DNA from: Chrysomallon squamiferum
Taxonomy: Eukaryota > Animalia > Mollusca
Length of the DNA: 64,000 nt
Direction of reading: 5' to 3'
Assembly: GCA_012295275.1 (NCBI GenBank)
Contig: CM022665.1
Location: 17,670,001 to 17,734,000 of the forward strand
Positions within the stretch are counted from its first letter, which is position 1; each line of letters begins with the position of its first letter. The notes beneath the pieces are model-generated. The model was not told the DNA's origin. It ran no database searches and saw only the letters and a program-made list of their open reading frames with translations. Positions 54,531-64,000 of the stretch are shown here, piece after piece. The position numbers were made by a program, and so were the translations under genes.

Positions 54531-54559
54531 TTAATGTACAAATGCAGACTAAAGAGTTT

Positions 54560-54731
54560 TGACTTCTCAATAGTTTCTTTTTCTGCAAATATATTTGAAT
54601 CTGGATTATATATTTTCAGATAGTTTTACTATTACCTAAGCCTAGATCTTGGCTGGTTAGGCTAAATATTGATTTTATACCTAGTCAGTTCACTGAGTTC
54701 AGTATGGATTTTATTATTTCTTTCTTCAAAG
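54560..54731 (+). other. Candidate internal alternative first (leader) exon; 5' end uncertain
   Basis: Non-repetitive island ending ATGGATTTTATTATTTCTTTCTTCAAAG|GTATTT, structurally similar to the 11404-11428 end of the upstream candidate leader exon. No transcript evidence. Confidence 0.3.
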
Positions 54732-56534
54732 GTATTTAATTGTGAATTTTATAATTTTATATCAATTTTGTTAATTTTAGTTTATTTTTCAGTCAATGCA
54801 CCTAACATTTGATTCTACTATTTGGTAATTTATTGATTGTGTAACAAAGACTGAATGTTAAGGTGTTTTTTTTTTTAGTTAACTATTCCATTCAAGACAA
54901 AAAAAAAATTCAATTTTTGGCTTGTATATCTAAGAAAGAAATACAATATTTTTCTTTTTTTTAAATTTATTTTATTTCATTTAATTTCATTTCAGTTTAT
55001 TTATCACAGTTGTATCTCTCAACTAATCTTTTTTTTTTTAAATGTTTTTTTTCTTTAAACCTTGAAAGTGCTGATTTGTAAGTTGTTGTTTTTTTGAGTT
55101 TTTTCCTATATGTGTACTTAAAAACCCCTATCTTATAATTATTCTGAACTAATATAACCAAGCATTCTACATTTTCTAGTTGATTTTTTTTTCTTACATA
55201 AATAAATAAATTTAAACTGAGTAGAAAATAATGTATGCTAATGGAATTCCACTTCTTTTCATCTGTACACTACCTTTCTCTGTTAGCTGTATGTAAAAGG
55301 ATTCTCCTTGTTGTGTGTGGTTAAAACATTCCTGTCCTGTATATTTACCACACATTTACCTTTACCAAGACCATTCAGGATCTCATATTGGCTATATAAT
55401 AAATGTAAACATTCATGGACAGTCACATGATTGTAATGATTTGGTCATGAAATATCGTGGTGTGTGTTTTTCATAACTGTAATATATGTATTTATTTCAC
55501 GGTTAAGAAAACTTGGTTTATCTGTCACACACAGAATGATATTTTGTTATATTCCATCTCTGTGGGATATCTTCACAGTTCTTACACCAGAGAGTATTTC
55601 TAGTGAGTGGCAAGGCCAAAAAAAAAAAAAAATGAGCACCGTTGATAGGAAATGTTCTGACTTATTGGAAGAAATGTTCCATATGATTGGAGAGGGATCT
55701 CAAGTTCTTGTGGTGATAGTGTAATTCATGAATGTATGTAGGTTGTTTTTATAATAGACAGGTTTTATAGTGATTGTTATAGGCAGTTTCAAGTAATTGC
55801 AGAAATATTCAAAGAATCTATTAGGATGGTTGGTATAGACAAATGCAAAGATTTATTATGACTGTTTTTGACGGTTTTAAGTTTGAGATAATAATATAAA
55901 AAATATTTGATAAAATTATTCAGTTGACTACTACAGATGGATTAAAGGATATGATATTAATATAATTAATAATAAACTGTTAACATGGACTCTGTAGACA
56001 ATTTAAATAATATTTATTTTATTAAATTATTAGGGTGGTCTTTATAAATAATTTCAAAAAGTCATTATATTTTAATTATTATGAATGAAATTATTAAAAT
56101 GGACTTTAATTATTTTATGAAATAATTAAGGTGCTCTTTATAAACAGTTTCACTGATTCTTTATATTTTAATTAGTTCATAAAATGATAAATATTTTCAT
56201 TATTTTATGAATTTTTAATATGATTTTTAGAAGCAATTTCACTGACTTACAATAGTTTAATTAATTTATCAAATTATTAAGGTGGTTGTTATAAACTGAT
56301 TCAGATATATATTATTATCATTCTAATTAATGACAGTGGCTGTTATATAATTTTAGTACACATCTATGTAACACTGTGATACGGTTACATCCTGATCACA
56401 TAACACTTGTTACCTGATTAACAAATACATTATAATTTACATCATTAGTGTATGTATGTTAAACAAATAGAGTTAGATCATTATTAATGATCAAACAGAG
56501 AAGCAGATGTGTATGGTTACCTGAGTATCCAGGT

Positions 56535-57085
56535 GTAAGGTGTTATATCATATTTAATTAACTGGGCATTTAGAACCAAACCATTTCACCCGAGAGTCAA
56601 TTATATATATATATATATGTAGATTACTTCATGATCAAGATTTTGATAAGCAAAGTCTTTTTAATATATTTCAAAGTTTACAGCAAAAGGAGAACATTAT
56701 AAACAGCACTTTTGAAAATATTTGTGTTATATCATTTTTTAGCTGACTGGACATCGAACTGGTCTATTTCTTCTGGGAGTCAATAATATATATATATTTT
56801 GAAGTACATTGTGATCAAATATTGATAATGAAAGTTAATGAAAGAGGAAAAAATTATAAGTAGATATCTGTGTGTGGAAATACATGTGTTATATCATATT
56901 TAAATAACTGGACATTTAGAATTGGTCTATTTTACCTGGAAGTTGATAATATATATATATATATGTATATACAGATTATCGAAGCATCTGGATATTGATG
57001 ACCAAAATTTACAGAAGAAGAAGAAAATCATTAATGATCAGGAAGATACATTGTGGTCATCTAATTAATTAACTGGACAATAAAA
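56535..57085. repeat. Degenerate ~165-185-bp tandem repeat, 3 copies plus a partial
   Basis: TGTTATATCAT.TTT...AACTGG.CAT...GAGTCAAT.ATATAT near 56541, 56725 and 56887; partial copy near 57055. Confidence 0.85.
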
Positions 57086-57189
57086 ACAAGTTACAGATGT
57101 ACATGGAGGTGTGTGGTTTTTAAAAACAGAATGAAACTTTGTAAATAGCCCTGTGGATAAACATATGTAAACACTCGTAATCTTTCAGA

Positions 57190-57495
57190 CAAACTGATGG
57201 ATACCTGACCAGGTGTGTATGCTGTAATGAAGTAAATGACTGATCATTTCAAATATTCATTTTATACTGTAGGTAGTAAACTGACTGCTTGCCCAGGTGT
57301 GTATATTATAACTGACTCGTCATTTTAAATGTTAATTTTTTAATAAATTGTAGTAAACTGACTAAATAACTAGGTGTTTGTTACCTCTGGCTAACTGACT
57401 GGTCATTTTGAATGTCCATTTTATATGTAAAGTTACTACTTGACCAGGTGTGCATGTAACCGCTGGTTAATTGACAGGTCATTCAGAATGAGCCA
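57190..57495. repeat. Degenerate ~75-85-bp tandem repeat, 4 copies; last copy overlaps the giant-exon acceptor and ATG
   Basis: C(C/T)AGGTGT near 57209, 57293, 57370 and 57444, each followed by AA.TGAC..(G/A)TCATT...AAT. Confidence 0.8.
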
Positions 57496-59298
57496 GCGTG
57501 CCATTAGAAAGCGGTCAGTTGAAAAAGCAAGACAAATGTCAATTGCCTCACAGCCTAAGGCCAGGACTCCATTGTTTCCAATAAACAAGTTCATAACTTT
57601 GCCCAATGGGACTTTACCCGGCACACCTGAGCCAGGTAAAAAACACCCAAACCCTGTGGCAGTCTGTCCACATCGAGCAGGTATTCCAGTCAAGGTGGTT
57701 CATTTAAAGCCTGATGGTATAGTGTTGGATAATTATCACAGATTTACAGGTAATACACAGGTATACACAGGTACCTTGGATAATATAAAACACAGAAGAC
57801 AGGTATATGCAAGAACAAATGCCAGCCGGGATAATTTTCAAGGGATTACAAATAAAAAACAGTTTATATTATATTCAACCAAAAATAACCAGTATAATTG
57901 TAATAGGACTGCAGGGAAAATACATATAGATAGCAGTGATGTTTATGGTACTGCAGGCAGAACACAGATAGTTACAGGTGATTTTAACATATATACAGGT
58001 AAAACACAGGTAGAAAAGGGAGATTTTCACAGATATGCAGGTAAAACACAGGTAGATAGAGGTGATTTCCACAAGACTGGAGATAAGAAAGAGCTGTACT
58101 CAGTGTCAGATAGCCAGGCTAATTTTCACAGTGCTGCAAGTAAACAACAGGTAGATAGAGGTGATTTCAGATGGACACAGGTACGAGAAGAGCAATTTAA
58201 AGAGAAGCAGAAGGCAAACACATCCATAAGTGGGTCGTGTGTCCAAACGACCTCTTCTCCATCAGACGGTGCTGCCGTCGTATCAGCAGTAGGCCATTAC
58301 AGAGGTGAATCACTGCCCACCAGGGAGGTGCAGTCCACTTTGTCATTCACAGCTATGCAGAATGCTACAACAGCATTGTCGGACACACAACACAACATAT
58401 TTGATTACAGAAGTACGCAGAACGGTAAATTAGATCAGCCTAGCAATTGTTTGACAGTGAGAAGACACACACCTGCTCAGATAAATTGTGTTGATGTTTA
58501 TAACACAGACTGCAGTGGCCGGCTGTCTACACAGTCATTGTTTGATCAGTCATTCGCAGCGACGACCGTTGCCAACAAAGCACCTGAAAGCCGATGTTCA
58601 TGTCAGTCTCTGAATACTGTTGGAAATAATAACAATTTGGAAAGGTGGAAATCGACTGACAGTGAAAATTTTGTGGTTGGTAGTGACACAGGTAATGGTT
58701 GTGTTAATGGGTGTGTGACCACCCAACCCGGCTGTACTGAGTTTATTATGATGGGAAACTACTATGACCCTCAGGAGTTTTACTATGGAGAAACCCGAAG
58801 AACTAACATGCTCCACTCCAGGGCTAAATTCTCTAGCATGCCCTCCCTATTCTCCAGCAAGGAAATGGATTACAAAAAAGCTCTCAAACTGGAGAAAAAG
58901 AGAGAGAAGGAAGAAAAAAAGAGGTTGGAAAAGGAGGAAAAAAAGAGGAGAAAAGCAGAAAAGAAATATGGAAGTGTAAATATGAAAACTTTACCCAAAA
59001 ATTGGAATTATGTGACTAGACCCATAGAGGAGGTTTACATTCGACCTAAATTGAGATTTACTGCTGTTCCGATTGATTTTGAAGATGGCCCTGCTACCTC
59101 TCATACACCCCCTTCCATACCTCCGCCCCCACCCCCTGGGTCTTCCTCTAATATTAGAATGCAGAGAAACCTTGCCCCAGATGTTAGAATGCAGCGCAGA
59201 GCATTACATTCCAGTGCTCCTGATCTTCTCAGAATTCAGCAAGTGTATGGAACTTTATCAAGACAACCCCAGAAACCGCTTCTCTCACTTCCAAAAAC
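57478..59298 (+). CDS. SHANK: Giant 1821-nt exon (607 codons), probably an alternative SHANK exon between SH3 and PDZ, or the N-terminus of an internal-promoter isoform starting at ATG 57488
   Basis: 620-codon ORF with clearly higher GC than its flanks. Acceptor ttaattgacag| (phase 2, matching the exon-13 donor) and donor AC|GTGAGT (phase 2). Encodes 14-aa repeats, an E/K/R-rich helix and PPSIPPPPPP. Assignment to SHANK rests on strand, position and phase, not homology. Confidence 0.72.
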
Positions 59299-59632
59299 GT
59301 GAGTATCTGCGCTTGTAGAGTATGAGTTTATTTTCAGTTTGTTAATGGATGTCTCCTGTCTTTTATGAGTAAATATTTATATATTTTAAAATAGCTTTCA
59401 CAAAATTCTGGTTTATTTTTAATATCTGCATATATTATTTTTCATCACTTGAATAATTATTTGAGATATTACTTATTATTATTTTGAAAATTTTATTTCT
59501 TATATAAATCTCATAACATCAGGGATGTGCCTCTGGTAATATCCAGGATTACATAATAGACACACACACATGCACATATATGTATACATATACAGTGTAT
59601 TAAATTTTTATATATTATACTTATACATAAAG

Positions 59633-59710
<78 letters not shown>

Positions 59711-61044
59711 CATTTCTTTTCATAAATACCCTCTATCATTCACATTACACACCCATCAATCTAAATTCTTTCAAATATTGATATAATGAGATGTCCGTAT
59801 TTGATGTTCAGTATCACTGTTTAAAAATACATTTTATTGTTTTATATGTGTATTCCATGGCTTGGTGTTGTTTAAATTTTGATATTCTCTGGCAACCTTT
59901 AATGTGACAGTATTTGACACTTCTCTTGGTTTTGGCTGAAGTTTTTGTTTAAGTTTCACACACATTCAAAAAACAGTTGCATCATTCATTCATTCATTAT
60001 TTATTGAATGTCTTACTTATTCACTCACTGTTTTGATCGTGTGACAGTTGATTCATTCAATTATTCATTGCTGGCTGATTGTTTCACTTTTCGTTACAGG
60101 TTTTATTTGTAACAGTGATTCATTTGTTCATTATTATTACGTTTTGTTTTACGATGGTTGAATCCTTTTTTCTTTGTATATACAGTTTAATTCCAAAATA
60201 ACACAATGCAACACAGTTATTTATTTTTTGTTTCATTTTGTTTTATTATTTATTCAGTCAATGATTTGCTTAATTAATTTATTCTTTCAATGACTTAATT
60301 AATTTATTTATTCTTTCAAAGAATGAATAAATGAATTTATTATTTCAGTGATTTAATTAATTAATTTAACCACTCACTGATTTAATCAATTCATTTATTC
60401 ATGGATTTATTTATTTATTTATTTACTCAGTTATTTCCTTCATTCATTGTTTTTAACTTTGTCTTTATTCCTTGTTTCATTCATTCATTTATTTATTCAT
60501 CTTTCATTTTATCTTTTGTTTCATTCTGAAATAGTTTATAAAATCTATTTCCTTCATTAATTATTTAGCAATTTTTTATTTTTTTTTTAATTTGAATTTG
60601 ATTTTATGCTACAATGTACAAAAAGATAAACTGAGATTTATATTTCTTAAGAGTTGTAATTTGATTTGTGTAAAATTCAAAATATTTATGATGTAATTTT
60701 TAAAGAATTGTTTAATATTATAATTTTGATTATTTAAAATTCAATAAAATAAAAATCTGGGTTTCATAAAATTCCAAGTAAGAATTATTAAAAAAATTGA
60801 ATTTAAAATTTTTAAATTATATTATTTAGAAATATGTAAAGTGTATTGTTTAAGTTCTAGAAAATTGCATTTAAGATTATATATAACAAAACAATATTTT
60901 TTTTTATTTACAAAATGGTCTAATATTAAAATCCTAAGATTATCTTTAATCAGATAAAACATGGACCAAGTTAGGATTAACATATGAGGATTAATCTAAA
61001 TTATTAATAACCATGTTACCTGACATCTGACATATATGATGACA

Positions 61045-61655
61045 TACAATAAAACACAAAATACAGCAGAGTACAAAACAACACACTACACCATTTTACA
61101 ACACAAAGTACAATACAATACAGTTTAATACTACACAACATAACACAATGCTGTATAGTTTAATACTGTACAACATAATACAATACAATTTAATACAATA
61201 TATTACTATACAATGCAACAAAATACAAGATAATTAAACAATTTAGTATAGTTTAATAAAACATAACACAGTTAAATACAATACAGTGCAGTTTAATACA
61301 GTATAATACAACATAATATAATAGTTTTGTACAATACAACACAATACAATACTGTTTAACACAATATAATACAATGTAATACCATTCTGTTTATTGCAAT
61401 ACAATATAATTTAGTTTAACACAATACAACAAAATAAAATACAGCTGAATACAACACAGTACAATACAATACAACATAAAATAGTACAGTTTAATACAAC
61501 AATACAGTTTTAATACAACACAACAGTGTAATACAATACAGTTTAATATAATAGAATACAACATATAATAGTTCAATTTAATAAAACAATACAGTTTTAA
61601 TACAACACAATACAATACAATGCAATACATTACAGTTTAATACAATACAATAAAA
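61045..61655. repeat. (ATACA)n-derived low-complexity repeat
   Basis: AATACAATACAGTTT variants throughout. Confidence 0.88.
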
Positions 61656-62874
61656 AAAAAAAATTACATGATACAATATATTGTCATATAATTAGGTACT
61701 TTTTGGATTAGAATTTCATCAACCTACAACACAGTATGACAACCTGATAATTTATTAGAATGCTGATATATTTACTAATGGTTCAAGCACATACATCATA
61801 GGGCAAATGTGTGACAAAGGTAATTTGTTTTCAGTTTCAGCAAAACAAAAAACATGATATATATATTTAATTACCTTTATATAGATATGTATATAAGAGT
61901 ACAATGAGATAATAATTTATTAACAGTTCCTAACTATAAAAATAGGTTAAACATGTATCTCATGGATCCTGCCTCTGATAACATTCATGGTATTGTACAT
62001 CAAGGTAGATACATATACAAAACAACACAACCACACAGATATTAATTGCCCATAGGTAAAAGCATAGATAAACTTACAGTAGAGTACAATGATAATACAT
62101 TAATAAGCTCCTAACAATAAAAATGATTTAAATATGTACCTCATGGGCAAACCTCTGAAAATGTTCATTTTCAATATACATGATGTCAGGGGAGACCTGT
62201 CAGTTGTATTATTCTGTATAGAAGTACTTCAATTTAGAATACAAAATTTATTAACATGTTTTTAATCCATAAAAATAGTTCAAGCATGAATGAGATGGGC
62301 CAGATTTCCTTAAACATTTTCATAAATCTTGATGTATATTTAATAATTTGTGAATAGACAGTTATAATAAGATATAATATTTATTAACGTGTTCCTGTTC
62401 TTGAAAAATAGTTCAAGCATGAATGAGGTGGGCAAAACATCCCACAAGTGTGTAACATCATTGTAACACATGATGCATATTTAACAGCATAGGAGTACAT
62501 TTGATTCTCTGTCAACACAATCAACCAAGTTTGTTGTAAAACATCAGCCCTTGTTTGCAGTGAGTGAGTTACCTGGTCTATTAATCTCACCTGAAAAACC
62601 AGGTAAACATTACCTCTTCTCCTAACAATGTTATATCTGTCAAGAACAGTGATGTCCAAGGCTATAAATTTGCAGGTCAAACATACAGGTTTGATGTAAT
62701 CAAATAAAATCATAAATGGAATATATCCAGTGTTAGTAACACAGAACAAATATGTGATGAGTTGAAAAATATACCTGTAGTTAATGTAATTCTGAAATAA
62801 TTATTGTTTTTGTTAAAATAATTAAAACAATACATTTATAAGTTGTTGTTTTTTTTTTTTTATTATTTACTTGT

Positions 62875-63150
62875 TTATAATAATGTTGATAATGATGATG
62901 GTGATGATAATAATAATAATAATGATAATGATAAAAATAGTAATGATGATGATGATGATAATAATAATAATGACAGTCATAATAATAATAATAATTATTA
63001 TTATTATTATTATTATTATAATAGTAGTAGTGGTACTAACAACAATGATAATAATAGTGATAAAAAACAATAGTAATAATGATAATAATGATAGTAATAA
63101 TAATAATAATAGCAGTAGTAATAATAAGAAAATAATAACAATAGTAATAA
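62875..63150. repeat. (AAT/GAT)n trinucleotide microsatellite
   Basis: Direct observation. Confidence 0.93.
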
Positions 63151-63348
63151 ATTTGAATTCAAAAATAAATAAATCGAATTTAAAAAAAAAAAAATATATA
63201 AACCATATAAAAAACAAAAACAAAACAAAACAAAAACAAAACAAAACAAAAACAAACAAAAAAAAATAAAAAAGTTACAAAAACACATTCAAAAGCCCAC
63301 AAAGAAACACAACAAAGGAAAACAATAAAGCTTGAAGCCAAAATATGT

Positions 63349-63386
<38 letters not shown>

Positions 63387-64000
63387 TAAATAAAATTAAA
63401 AATTACAGGTGACATAGATAAACTTTTCAACTATGTCAAGTTATTTACCCTCTTTATCCCTACATCATGACTGAGGTGGTGATCAACACAAGAAAGTGGG
63501 AGTAGTGTAGATGATGTTTGCTTGGTTTATAGAATAATACGAAATCTGTGCTTGCTGATGAAATGTCTGTGGAAAATTTCACTTGTTTCTTTTCTAGTGT
63601 TTGGCTTTCATCTCGTAGTCACGCGAGATATTCTTTTGATCTGTGCTTTATATTGCTCTTTTTGTAAAACTTGGCCTAGAATCAACTGGCTTTTCCTGTG
63701 AATCAACCACAGAATTGTATAAAGATGTAATATTTAATGTATGTGTTCTGTGAATCAACCACAGAATTGTGTACAGATGTAATATCTGGTATATGTGTTC
63801 TGTGAATTAACTACACCACTATATGATACAATGACATAACATCTACTATGTATTTTACAAATTACTAAATATGAAACTGTCATAGAATTGTATAGTGTTT
63901 TAATATCTAGTAGCCTACATGTGTTCACTGAATTTATCATTGGACAACATAATACTGACTTAATAGCTACTGTATATTTTATAAATGACTAAATGGCTAG

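Noticed and set aside
55464-55724. 86-aa ORF in the SH3-PDZ intron
   Set aside because: Contains a poly-A run, has no convincing phase-2 splice pair and no recognisable motif.
62384-62749. 121-aa minus-strand ORF
   Set aside because: No recognisable homology, starts at a non-ATG codon, and partly overlaps a local duplication (AATAGTTCAAGCATGAATGAG at about 62274 and 62407).
59300-64000. Search for the PDZ exon (GFGF motif)
   Set aside because: No such exon seen; acceptor-like sites near 60099 and 63408 are followed by non-coding-looking sequence. The gene presumably continues beyond the window.

Overview
Very AT-rich, microsatellite-dense animal genomic DNA. The repeat landscape is mollusc-like, possibly a gastropod, which is my inference. 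The window carries the 5' half of one intron-rich + strand gene, a SHANK/ProSAP (SH3 and multiple ankyrin repeat domains) synaptic scaffold. I traced 13 phase-consistent coding exons from 23072 to 44143 (1631 nt, about 543 codons) encoding the SPN/ubiquitin-like domain, ankyrin repeats, a Ser-rich linker and SH3. A giant 1821-nt exon (57478-59298, 607 codons) is phase-2/phase-2 symmetric and lies between SH3 and the expected PDZ exon, which I did not find in this window. Notable points: (1) a GC-AG intron; (2) an SH3 with the conserved Trp replaced by Tyr; (3) a hairpin-forming 50-bp minisatellite abutting a splice acceptor; (4) the giant exon's acceptor and ATG lie inside the last copy of a tandem repeat; (5) two candidate leader exons whose M-D-F uORFs would both end in an ATGA stop/start overlap with the downstream SHANK start codon. 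Almost all other ORFs in the supplied track are translated microsatellites.
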